Below are positions 1-9,542 of a DNA stretch of 64,000 bases, one piece after another. Made by a program: the position numbers and the translations under genes. Below the pieces are notes generated by a model. That model was not told where the DNA came from. It saw nothing but the letters and a program-made list of their open reading frames with translations, and made no database searches. The stretch is from a virus, in IMG/VR virus record IMGVR_UViG_3300032053_000011, positions 73,515-137,514 of that record. One strand, 5' to 3'. Position 1 is the stretch's first letter. Every line of letters starts with the position of its first letter.

Positions 1-729
1 GATGATGGTCTCCCGCGCGACCCAGATCGGCGAATCCTTGTCGAGCCCGGTGCCATCGACCAGTCCGCGCACGAATGCCTCGACCGCCGCCGGGTGTTTC
101 TTGTGCGCGAAGACCAGAGCCGCGCCGACCATGGCGGGCTTGAACGGCGCCTTGTCGGGCAGCACTTCGAGGATCAGGTCGATCGCCTTGTGATTCCGCT
201 GGTAGTACGCCTCGGTGTCCTCGACGCCGCCCTTGCCGCACATGTTGGTGAGGAGCTGGCGCTCGCCGTTGCACCATGCAGTCACGCGCTTCGGTCCGGG
301 GATCACTCCATCCCGGCGCAGAACTTCGGCGATCGACCGGGTCGCACCGCGGTCGATCGTCTTGATCGCGTCCTTGGCGACGTTGTACGCGACGGAGATC
401 CGCACCGTGATGCCCGACTCGACGATGGCCCAGAGCCGATGCTGGCCGTCGATCAGGTTGCCATCGACATCGAATCCGATCGCCTGATTGTTGACCTTCC
501 AACCACCGTTCTTCATGACACGCGCGAAAGCCTCGACGCGGTTCTGGCCGATGGGTCGGTTGTCGGTGTTCTTGTCGAGGAACGCGGCAGCCGTTGTGGG
601 ATCGATGTCCATCACGTCGAAGTAGGTCTCGTCGTCCGCGCGCACGGTTGGCTTGGGCGCCTTGACGCTCCGAAGATCGGCTACTGCTTTGCGGGTCGTG
701 GACTTCATAACGGCTCCGTGTTCGATCAT
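1..729 (-). CDS. ParB/Srx-like DGQHR-motif protein (runs off the window edge; absent from the ORF track)
   Basis: Manual translation from ATG 729 gives ...DIDPTTAAAFLDKNTDNRPIGQNRVEAFARVMKNGGWKVNNQAIGFDVDGNLIDGQHRLWAIVESG...TIDRGATRS, open to position 1. GAGG and TTGACC-N17-TATCCC lie upstream on the minus strand. Confidence 0.8.
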   Translation of the reverse strand, partial: MIEHGAVMKSTTRKAVADLRSVKAPKPTVRADDETYFDVMDIDPTTAAAFLDKNTDNRPIGQNRVEAFARVMKNGGWKVNNQAIGFDVDGNLIDGQHRLWAIVESGITVRISVAYNVAKDAIKTIDRGATRSIAEVLRRDGVIPGPKRVTAWCNGERQLLTNMCGKGGVEDTEAYYQRNHKAIDLILEVLPDKAPFKPAMVGAALVFAHKKHPAAVEAFVRGLVDGTGLDKDSPIWVARETII

Positions 730-784
730 TGTGTGCTGCCTCACCTGGGGATAATCCCGAAGCCTGATCGGGTCAACATCAAAA

Positions 785-803
785 CGCTAGCCACTGGCTA
801 GCG
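785..803. promoter_or_regulatory. Perfect palindrome CGCTAGCCA-C-TGGCTAGCG (GCTAGC-N5-GCTAGC operator-like site)
   Basis: 9-1-9 inverted repeat between divergent genes; related copies at 2983, 4660, 15140, 35560 and 43329. Confidence 0.65.
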
Positions 804-1595
804 CGGTACGATTCCGCGTGTCACCGACACGTACCGGCAACGACAGAGGTCCGCAACTCCGCGCCGGACATTGTCTGGCAGGACCTCTTGCACGCGCTAC
901 GAACGCGGCGTACAGACCGCGCATGGAACCACTCTCGTACGAACAGCTTGTCGCCCTCGGTTGGACCGACGCCGAGATCGACGCCCGCCAGTCGGCCGAG
1001 TCAGACGAACTGCACGATGGTTCGATCGAGCCTCTGCCTCGGAAGCCCGATCCGGTCACTCCAGATGTGGCAACTCGGCGTCGGCAGGAGCGCCGCTGAC
1101 GTCGTCGTACTCGCTGCGCCAGCGCCCGGCTGAACACAGGCGCGCCGTTGTGGACGCCGCCCCCGACCTACGCCAGAATGCCTGGATGCAGAACCTGTTG
1201 CGCCTATCCATCTCTCGCGGGTTGGGGATCGCGTTCGAGTCCCTGGGCGTGCTCGGCTCTGGCTTCGCGGTTCTGCGCGCCATCACTCCGCTCTACTCAC
1301 TGCCGGATGCTCAAGCGAGCACCAGTGCCCCGCGAATGATGCCGATCGGAACCCGTCTCAAGATCGACAGCGTGAGCACGGTCTCTGGCAGGCAGTTGTA
1401 TCGAGTTCGAATGCTGCGTGGCAAAGGTCCATCTCCCGCGACGTGGGCCTACGACACCGGGAGTCTGACGCGCGGGTACGCGTACCTGACCGCGGCCGAT
1501 CTTCGTCACTGAGTCAGCGCCGCGCGTACGGTCACGATCGAGCCGACGTTCTCGGCGAGGCACGACCATAGTCTGCCACTCACCGCTGGAGTTCC

Positions 1596-2941
1596 ATGAG
1601 CAGCCCACAGAACAATCCACGCATCAAGGTCGGTCCCTACGCGCTGCGACCGGTGCCAGATCAGATCCCGATCGGAATGATCTATGTCGCCACGGATCAA
1701 CCGATCATCTCGGTGGCGATTGGACCGGGCACGCCGCACATCTGGGAAGAGTTCGTTTCCATCCCCGCTCCTCAACCGTTGCGCAACACAGTGTTCGTTG
1801 CCAAGAATGGCGATGACTCCACTGCGGATGGTTCGATCGGCAAGCCATTTCTGACCGTACAGGCCGGGATGGAATACGCCTGGAGACGTACGTGGCGCCG
1901 CTCGGGCCGCAGCCCTATCCAGGCCCATACACCCGCCCGTGTGTCTTCATCAGCGCGGGGACGTACGACGGTCCGTTCGTGCTGCCGCCGCAGATCTGCC
2001 TGATGGGGGAGGGGTACAATCACTCTCGCCTCTCTGGCAACTGGTCGATCGATGATCGCTGGAGCAACTATGCTACGGCTACGGCTGCCGTCGCACCCAA
2101 CGCGGTTTCCATTCCGGTCGCGCCTCTCCTGATCGCCTTCCCGGCAGGGCAAGTGATGACCTGGATCGTGGGCGGTGCGGTGACGGTCCTGACCGCGCCA
2201 GCTCTGGTTGGTGCGACGACGCTCAGCATCGCGCCACTCGTGGGGGCTATTGCCCCAGGAGAGGGTGGCGAATACGCGAACGACATGCGGTCGTCGTGGA
2301 TCAACGTTGGAGTGTTCGGTGACATCACCGTCGACTTCGCAACCGTGATCAGCAACGAGGGCAAGCTCTACGCATTCGGCGTTCGGTTTGGCGGGAACAT
2401 CACGATCGACGAGAAGAGGGTCTTCCCTGTTTCCAACTCGCTCACAGTGATCGCCTCTGAACTTTTCGGCGACACGACCCTGGGCGGGATCCCCACGCTC
2501 CTGGAGGGCTGTGTGATGGGCGGCGGAACGCTGACGCTCAACCAGCTCGTGGGATCTGGCGTCGACAATCTCTTCGAGAGTTCTGGCGGATCGCTCGGAA
2601 ACATTGTCGTAAACAACCTCTCGGGCCCCGTACAGGCATACAAATGCAAGTTTGGTCACTCGGTGCAGCCCGGAACCACCCTGACCATGAACGGGCCGGA
2701 TTCCCTGGTCAGTGGTGACATCTCGAGCATCCCGCTGCAAACGTCTGTGACGTTGAGCGGCCTCGCAACCCTCGATCAGATCGTTCGCACAAACCAGCCG
2801 AATTGGAGCGGCCCGACAGCTACACGGCCAACCAACGTGTACATCGGACTTCAGTTCTTCGACACGAGTCTGGGACTGGCTGGTCTCCCGATCTGGTATG
2901 ACGGCACGAATTGGATCACCGCTGCTGGCGTGGTTGTCTAG
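1596..2941 (+). pseudogene. Spike/receptor-binding-like beta-rich protein split by a 1-nt frameshift near 1883
   Basis: The first frame gives VFVAKNGDDSTADGSIGKPFLTVQAG (beta-helix N-cap motif), and its expected continuation VFISAGTY lies in the 1892 frame. One extra G at TGGAGACG joins them into about 448 aa. The C-terminus SGPTATRP..G..FFDTSLG...PIWYDGTNW is typical of phage spike/fibre ends. Confidence 0.6.
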
Positions 2942-2972
2942 CGCGTTTTTACGCGCGGGGCAGAAGCGCTTC

Positions 2973-3001
2973 TTGACGATACGCTAGCCAGACGCTAGCG
3001 T
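2973..3001 (+). promoter_or_regulatory. Sigma70-type promoter with an overlapping GCTAGC-N5-GCTAGC site
   Basis: TTGACG-N17-TAGCGT; ATG 3009 follows the -10 box after 7 nt. Confidence 0.65.
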
Positions 3002-3008
3002 GCGCTCG

Positions 3009-3599
3009 ATGGTGCACCCGAAAGAGGCTGCTGCGAGACAGGCGATCCGCTTCACGGACGAGCCGTTGATGGAGCTCGCGCTGAAGCTTGCGGGCGGTCT
3101 TTCACTACTGCCGTGGTTCGTGAACCACGCTGCAAGTGGCCCCGAGGCGATCGCGGTCTATTGGAGCTGTTCGCGGGATCCTGTGAGCATGACGTTGGTG
3201 CTGGCGATCGTTGATCGGAGTGCCCTGTCCGACGCTCTCAGGTCGCTCAAGACACGGATCGTGCCCGGCCCTCCAGGCGCCGACTACATAGCATTCGGCA
3301 TGACGTGGCAAGACGGGCCGGATTACACCAAGCCTATCCAGGGTGGTGGCTGGTTCCACGACATTCTGGTGCACCTCGACTGCGCCATCCTGGGCCTCGC
3401 GTTCTGGACGTTCCGCAAAAATTACGAGCACCTCATTGATCTCGCACTCAACGCGGCGATCATGACCGGTGCGATTGAGGGCACCTGCCCGGGGCCGCAG
3501 CACGAATGCGTGGCGGCTGCCCTGTGCGAAGAGCTGCGCCGGGCGATGCCGGTGCTCAGTCCTGAGCGTATCCTCGCAATCGGTGGAGAAGATCAATGA
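3009..3599 (+). CDS. Hypothetical protein
   Basis: Directly follows the promoter; ATGA overlap with the next gene. Confidence 0.6.
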   Translation: MVHPKEAAARQAIRFTDEPLMELALKLAGGLSLLPWFVNHAASGPEAIAVYWSCSRDPVSMTLVLAIVDRSALSDALRSLKTRIVPGPPGADYIAFGMTWQDGPDYTKPIQGGGWFHDILVHLDCAILGLAFWTFRKNYEHLIDLALNAAIMTGAIEGTCPGPQHECVAAALCEELRRAMPVLSPERILAIGGEDQ

Positions 3600-4027
3600 C
3601 GGCGTACTTCGACAATCTTGGTTCCGCACTGCTTCAAGCGCGAGAGCTCGAGGGCGACCTGAAGCTCGACAATCGGCTACGCGAGATTGAAGAGGGTCTC
3701 GTCTACGACGTGACGTTGTGTTTCGAGTCGCCCGGCTTTCCGGCCGACCTGCGCGAGCGTGGGCATCGCATCATCCTGAAACACGGTGTACATACTCGGC
3801 CACTCAACGATGCGACCCATCCCACGGTGGATTCGCTGTACGACGCATTCAGGGCTGTCGCGCAGATGGGTTCCGATCTGCACGACCTGTTTCACGCCGT
3901 GTGCCGCCGCGAGACCGATGAAGGTCTGGTCGGGTTCAGCGATGACCCGCGCTCGCCGATGCGTGTTCTTGCGTGCCGTGGCGAGGAGTTCCGCGAAAAC
4001 CTCGCGGCCGAAGCGAAGCCCGCATGA
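3596..4027 (+). CDS. Hypothetical protein
   Basis: ATGA overlaps at both ends. Confidence 0.65.
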   Translation: MTAYFDNLGSALLQARELEGDLKLDNRLREIEEGLVYDVTLCFESPGFPADLRERGHRIILKHGVHTRPLNDATHPTVDSLYDAFRAVAQMGSDLHDLFHAVCRRETDEGLVGFSDDPRSPMRVLACRGEEFRENLAAEAKPA

Positions 4028-4680
4028 TCGACACCGATCCGTTCGTCGACTCGTTGACCGATCTGCTCGTCGGGATCGACGAGGACGGATATCCACCACT
4101 CGCATGGGTGGTCCGCTGGAGCGACGGCGGGCGCGATCCGGTGCATGCAGCATGGGAGGCGGCAGAGTCGCCGCATGCAATGGTGAAGGTCGTCCGCCTT
4201 GGATGGGGTGATCGCGCGATCCCCTTGAAGGCGACTATGGTCGCCACATTCCAAGCGGTCTCCGACGGCGTAACGGAAGTTCTGCCACCGGGTGGATGGC
4301 CCGCGAAGTCACCGCCACAACCGCCGCGCAAGGTGCGGCAGCGTCGACAGATGACCGGCGCCGAGTTCGTACGCGGCGCGCAGCGGTACCTATCATCGAC
4401 GGCATCGACGGCGGCGCTGTTCCCTCCACCTCTTCCCGGTGCTGCTGCGGATATCACATGGAGCCTGCCGGGGATCGCAGGCCGCTCAAGTCATGGTCCC
4501 ACGCGTCTCCGGTACATGGATTCCGCTGGTGAGAAGTGGTTCGAGCGCGTCCACCGTGACTACCAAGACGCGCGCGAGCGGCTCCAGTATCGCGTGGCAG
4601 TCGCCAAGATCCGCCGCGAGTGCCCTGTGCCGCCGACGCTGGAAGAGCTATTGCGCAGAGCTAGCACAGTGCTAACGTAA
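4024..4680 (+). CDS. Hypothetical protein (C-terminal PPTLEEL, as in 41983..42582)
   Basis: ATGA-coupled start MIDTDP. Confidence 0.6.
   Translation: MIDTDPFVDSLTDLLVGIDEDGYPPLAWVVRWSDGGRDPVHAAWEAAESPHAMVKVVRLGWGDRAIPLKATMVATFQAVSDGVTEVLPPGGWPAKSPPQPPRKVRQRRQMTGAEFVRGAQRYLSSTASTAALFPPPLPGAAADITWSLPGIAGRSSHGPTRLRYMDSAGEKWFERVHRDYQDARERLQYRVAVAKIRRECPVPPTLEELLRRASTVLT
4651..4678 (+). promoter_or_regulatory. Sigma70-type promoter with GCTAGC-N5-GCTAAC site
   Basis: TTGCGC-N16-TAACGT with a TG extension. Confidence 0.5.
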
Positions 4681-4712
4681 TCAACGCTGTCCAGGAATTG
4701 GGCAACACCCGC

Positions 4713-4907
4713 ATGATCCTCTACTTCAAAGTCGGCTCGCTGCCCGGGATGCACATGCGCGTGGTTCGCAAGCGCAAGCCGCCAGTCATTGGCGAGTGCT
4801 TCAAGATCGTCGACCCGAAGGAGAAGTACGCACGTCATGAGCCCGTGCGTCTTCTCGAGATTCGCGATGTGAGCAGCGGGACGCTCTACGTTGTGGAGCG
4901 TTTCTGA
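4713..4907 (+). CDS. Small hypothetical protein
   Basis: Starts MILYFKVG; TGATG overlap with the RNase H gene. Confidence 0.5.
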   Translation: MILYFKVGSLPGMHMRVVRKRKPPVIGECFKIVDPKEKYARHEPVRLLEIRDVSSGTLYVVERF

Positions 4908-5698
4908 TGCCTCGTTACGTCGTGACGGCACGCAAGGACAGGCTCTATCTCGAACATGTCCGATTGCTGGCGGAGCTCGAGGAGCCTGCCTACGGCGGCT
5001 TTGACGCCGCCCTCGTGGCCGATCGGACAATGCTTTGCGGCGCGCCTCTGTTCCACGGGTGGGACACGCGGCTGCCGCTGCCACGTCCGAAGGGACGTCG
5101 CTCCGACACGTGGTGCACCGTCTGTCGAGATGCCTACCTCGCGGCGGTCCATCCGGCGGCGCCGGTGAAGCCTCCGCGCGTGAAGCGCTACCGTGGCGAG
5201 TACACGCATCCCGATACCGCAGCGGGACTCGAGGGCCTCGTCGCATGGACGGACGGCAGCGGTACGTTCCAGCATTCACCGGCGGCGATCGGTGTAGTCG
5301 TCAGCGCTGATGGCGAGGTGATCTGCGAAGCATCGCAGTACGTCGGTCGCGGCACCAACAACGTCGCTGAACTCTGGGCCATCGGTCGGACACTCGCGAT
5401 CGTGTACGCGATCGCACGAACACGCGACGTGCCGTTGCAGATTCGCTCGGACAGCTCCTTCGCCATTGGTGCGGTCAGGCACGGTTCTGCATGGGAGCTC
5501 GACCCGGCGTCAACGGTCGGCGCCCTTGGCCTCAAGGTGCGTGCCGAAGTCGCCCGCTGGCCGCAGATCGACCTCACCCTGGTGGCGGGCCACAGCGGAG
5601 TGCTCGGGAACGAACGTGCGGATTGGCTTGCCGGACGTGCTCGCAAGGCATTCATCGCTGCCACGCAAACCGAGTCTCATGACGATGGAGTGTTTTGA
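4907..5698 (+). CDS. rnhA: Ribonuclease HI with an N-terminal extension
   Basis: AWTDGS, GTNNVAEL, IRSDS and VAGHSG..GNERAD motifs (D-E-D-D active site). Confidence 0.88.
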   Translation: MPRYVVTARKDRLYLEHVRLLAELEEPAYGGFDAALVADRTMLCGAPLFHGWDTRLPLPRPKGRRSDTWCTVCRDAYLAAVHPAAPVKPPRVKRYRGEYTHPDTAAGLEGLVAWTDGSGTFQHSPAAIGVVVSADGEVICEASQYVGRGTNNVAELWAIGRTLAIVYAIARTRDVPLQIRSDSSFAIGAVRHGSAWELDPASTVGALGLKVRAEVARWPQIDLTLVAGHSGVLGNERADWLAGRARKAFIAATQTESHDDGVF

Positions 5699-6672
5699 TG
5701 GTCACCAACTATCGCACCCTGGCGTCCGTTCATCCTGGACCGCATCCACCGGGTTGCCAGTGCGGCACGAGTCTCGAGGTCCGCCAAGCCTATGCTGCCA
5801 TCGGCGGCTGGTGGCACACCGAGGAGTGCAAACAGTGGAAGATCGCCGTCGAAATTTGGAAGCGCACCAATGAGCTGTCACCAGAGATGGTCCGCGACTT
5901 CCAAAGTGCGAGCCTCTGATCTCGGCGATCGTCGCGGCGCTCTGGGTTAGATGGTAGGAGACGCATGACCAACTACAAACAGAACACGAACCTGAAGTCC
6001 AACCTCACGCTGCTCCCATTGGTGCCCCAATGACTGCGCCAGAGGCAACGCACTGGATGTGCCGCTGCGTCGCGGCGCCGCGCAACCGGGTCCACATCAC
6101 GCACCCCGGGTGCCACGAGTGCGGCGCGAAGCAGACGGACCCGCCGCCGCAGGATCCAGTCGTCGCCGCCGAGCGCCGCGGTCGCGTCGTGGGCATGGAG
6201 GAAGCGGCTGCAATCCTCGAGTCCATGCGTGTCCCGAACAGCGACATGCCTTCGGTTCACGAGAAGAACAGGGCGCTGTACTACGCCATCGAACGTATCC
6301 GCGCCGCCATCAATGCACCGAGGACGCCGTGAGCAAGAGGCGTCGCAAGACTCGCGGCTGGACGCTGGCCGGTGCACTCGTCGATGGCGACCCGCGCATG
6401 CCTGCCGCTGCCCTCGCGCATGACATCGCGGAGATCAAACAGGCGGCACAGTACTTCGCCGACATTCGGAAGATCGGCGGCGCGGTTGGCTCCGGTATCG
6501 CCAACGACAACGCCGGGCCAAGAGCGCCATGAGCGTATCGCTCGATTTCTACATATTGCGCCAGCGGGCACGTTTGTATGGCCGCTGAACGGGATAAAGG
6601 GGGTATGGGGACAGCGACAAGATAGACCATGGTTCCAGATCGAGAACTTGATTGATTGAAGGAGTGAAGACG

Positions 6673-7173
6673 ATGGCTACGAAACCGAAGGCAGCGCTGA
6701 ATGGTTCGGAGTGGGTTGGTGCAGCCGATGCGGCCCGGTTCGGGCAGGTGCATCAGAAGCAACTCACGCAGCACGCCAAGATGGACCACTTTCGGAGGGC
6801 CAAGGACCCGACGACGGGTCGGTGGAAGTACAATGTTGCGGACCTGGAGGCCTATGCGGCCCGCGATCGCACCAAGGGTCGCAAGCGCAAGTACGTGCGG
6901 CCATCCAGCGTCGAGAGCGCGGCCAGCGAGAAGGCACCTGCGCCCAGGAACACCAGGAACGGCCATGCCAATGGCGACGTGGCTCCTGGTGTTGTGGCGA
7001 GAGTTGCAGGGCGGCACGCCGTATCAATCGCGCCGGTTCCACCCGTGACCAGCTCGCGCGCAGAATTCTTCGCGTGGATCGATGCCGGGATTCAGGCGAA
7101 CTGGCTCGGTGGAGATGAGGCTCTCGAGGTCATCAAGCGCCAGCTTCCGATCGCTCCATCCGCCTCGCACTAG
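6673..7173 (+). CDS. Excisionase/MerR-like HTH DNA-binding protein
   Basis: EWVGAADAARFGQVHQKQL...GRWKYNVADLEAY; GGAG upstream. Confidence 0.55.
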   Translation: MATKPKAALNGSEWVGAADAARFGQVHQKQLTQHAKMDHFRRAKDPTTGRWKYNVADLEAYAARDRTKGRKRKYVRPSSVESAASEKAPAPRNTRNGHANGDVAPGVVARVAGRHAVSIAPVPPVTSSRAEFFAWIDAGIQANWLGGDEALEVIKRQLPIAPSASH

Positions 7174-7209
7174 CTGCCACCATCCGAGCGCATGCGGTAG
7201 CATCGCTCG

Positions 7210-7515
7210 ATGAGCAATCCGCCAAACCCGCCACCTCCCCCATCGGTTTTCAAGCACACTGATACGAACGGGCCGATCCTGATAGGCGCGCTGCCCAGCC
7301 GGTCCGAGATCATGCACGCGCTTGCGCGCCTTCCACACGCCGAGCGCGTTACGATTCTCGACGAAGCCGCACGCTACGGATCGACCACGATCAGCGGCGA
7401 TACAAGTACGAGGCCGATGAACGATTTCGAGCGCGTGCTACTCGATCGCGCGCTCGAGTCGCCGGTGCTCGCATCCAACCGCGCTGCCCGGCGCGCGGCA
7501 CGTGGACGCCGCTGA
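7210..7515 (+). CDS. Hypothetical protein
   Basis: TAGCAT 6 nt before the ATG. Confidence 0.5.
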   Translation: MSNPPNPPPPPSVFKHTDTNGPILIGALPSRSEIMHALARLPHAERVTILDEAARYGSTTISGDTSTRPMNDFERVLLDRALESPVLASNRAARRAARGRR

Positions 7516-7739
7516 CGGCGTTGTGGTGTCCGAGCGATCGGCCCACGACCCATGGTGTGCCGTCCTGCGACCGCGTAATGCAACGCGTTGCGATGCGTGT
7601 TCATGAGCGGGTGCACGGGGCGTCTGTCACGACCTCTTCGATTCTTCTGGACACGACTTAACCGCTGGGAATTCCGTTTGAATGCGATAATCGCATCAAA
7701 GTCTTGCCAATTCTTCTGGACCGCTGATAAGTCTCGTTC

Positions 7740-7973
7740 ATGACGCAGAACGCAGCGGCTCGATCTACCAAGCGGGGACGTCGGCCGCTCCACGGCGAGA
7801 GCATGATATCGGTCACGTGCGATGTTCCGAGAGCGGTCCATGACCGCGCCCGTGAGCTCGCGAAACGGACCGATCGAACCATGGCGTTCGTGATCCGCGA
7901 AGCACTATCGGGTTATCTGGATATCGCTGAGAGCAACGACGTGCAGCCGATGATTGAGCCGACCGGCATCTGA
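7740..7973 (+). CDS. Ribbon-helix-helix (CopG-like) DNA-binding protein
   Basis: ISVTCDVPRAVHDRARELAKRTDRTMAFVIREAL. Confidence 0.75.
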   Translation: MTQNAAARSTKRGRRPLHGESMISVTCDVPRAVHDRARELAKRTDRTMAFVIREALSGYLDIAESNDVQPMIEPTGI

Positions 7974-8525
7974 CAGAGCGGTTGTTTGTGTCGGCGTGTT
8001 TGACGTGTCCGAGATCGGAAGCACTGGGCTGTCGATGCCTGTCATGGGGGTCATTGTGTCGCCATCCGACGCCGCGCGCGATGTCCGAGGTCCGCTGAAA
8101 CTGGCGAAGCCAGTGGACCCATTGGGCCATCTGTCACGGACGGTGCACCTCGTACACCAGTTTCTGTTCGTTCGCGCAGCGGGCAGAGATCTTCCGGCCG
8201 CCGACGTACTGCCGTTGATCCGCCATGCCAATTCGGAACCGCTGCCGTTCGCCGAGGCGATGGCTCGGCAGGGCGCGACGGAGATCTTGGCCATCCTGGT
8301 GGCGGAGAGACTGGCGCTCGAACTGCCAAGCGGCGACTGGCAGATCATCAGGCTTGCGCAACGCGAGAACGCCGCGATCTTCGCGGGCAGCGCGAACCTC
8401 GCGCAGTGGGATGCCGACTTCGTGACCGTGCTGGCGCTGGTGGACGAGAACAACGCGCTCGATGAGATGCTGCCTGAGACATGGGGCGCAGCACTCGACT
8501 CGATTGCCAATGAGAGGATCACTCG

Positions 8526-9542
8526 ATGAATGAGCCAATCCGTGAGCTGATCCCCGATGTCCGATACTACTGGCACGGTGACCAGCACGAATCCGAGTCA
8601 CGCCTCCTTTATGATCGACCGTCGGACGCCTTTGTCGCGTGGAATACATTCCCGCTCACAGAGGATAGCGAGTACGCATACCGCGTTCAGGATGCCCTCA
8701 ACTTCGTGCCGCGTGGCTATACACGCCCAGCCGACGCGCCAAACATCTTCGGGCATGAGCCTCCGATGGTGAGTACCGAGCTGACGGCATTGCCCGTGAT
8801 CGAGTCTAGGAATTCGAGGGAGCATTGGCGCTACCCACCAGAGTTCTGGTGTTGCGGTAACTGGGACAAGGCTATCGAGGAGGGTTTTGAACGCAGCCTT
8901 CTGTACTTCGGCGACAGCGAGCCGATCGGTGTCGTTCTTCGCGCGGCATCGCGTGGAGCATTCGATCGGTTCGCGGATGCATGCGACGTCGATGACTCAC
9001 GCCTTCGATGCAAGCAGTGGCGCAAGACATCGATGCAAGCGGCACTATCGCTCAGGTCGCAATTGCATGCGGATGATGCCCGTCTTTCGAACGAACACCG
9101 CCCCATTGGTGGCGTCACGTTGGCATTCCATGATGGACAGCCGTGCTTCTTGTGGCGCCTCCGTTCTCAGCACTTCGCCGGGATCGTGGTGATCGTCGAG
9201 GCCGACCGCTGGACTGCTGAGCGGTGCAGACGAGAGTCATGCGCAGCCTGTTCGAGCGCGCACACTGTCAGGCTTCCCCCCACGGGATGGGTCTACTTCT
9301 TCCGTGACACGTCGGGACGCATCAAGATCGGGACCACGATCACCATTCCAAAGCGGTTCGGGAACATCCAGACGGCGAGCGCTGAGAACATCATCATGAT
9401 CGCCAAGATTCCTGGCGGCAAACAGGTGGAGACGATGCTTCACGAGCGTTTCAAAGCCGATCGTACTCGTGGGGACGGAGAGTGGTTCATGCCATCAAAG
9501 GACCTGCTCACGATGATCAAACAGTTGAAAGGCGGCGATTGA
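8526..9542 (+). CDS. Protein with a C-terminal T5orf172/MUG113 (GIY-YIG-like) domain
   Basis: GWVYFF...RIKIGTT...KRF..IQTAS...ETMLHERF...GEWF. Confidence 0.75.
   Translation: MNEPIRELIPDVRYYWHGDQHESESRLLYDRPSDAFVAWNTFPLTEDSEYAYRVQDALNFVPRGYTRPADAPNIFGHEPPMVSTELTALPVIESRNSREHWRYPPEFWCCGNWDKAIEEGFERSLLYFGDSEPIGVVLRAASRGAFDRFADACDVDDSRLRCKQWRKTSMQAALSLRSQLHADDARLSNEHRPIGGVTLAFHDGQPCFLWRLRSQHFAGIVVIVEADRWTAERCRRESCAACSSAHTVRLPPTGWVYFFRDTSGRIKIGTTITIPKRFGNIQTASAENIIMIAKIPGGKQVETMLHERFKADRTRGDGEWFMPSKDLLTMIKQLKGGD

Noticed and set aside
94-801. Plus-strand 235-aa ORF, and many other long Arg/Ala-rich overlapping ORFs in the track (e.g. 48232..50082, 53620..55011, 55865..57250, 60106..61374)
   Set aside because: These are antisense or off-frame shadows of real genes in high-GC DNA; the opposite frame carries recognisable motifs.
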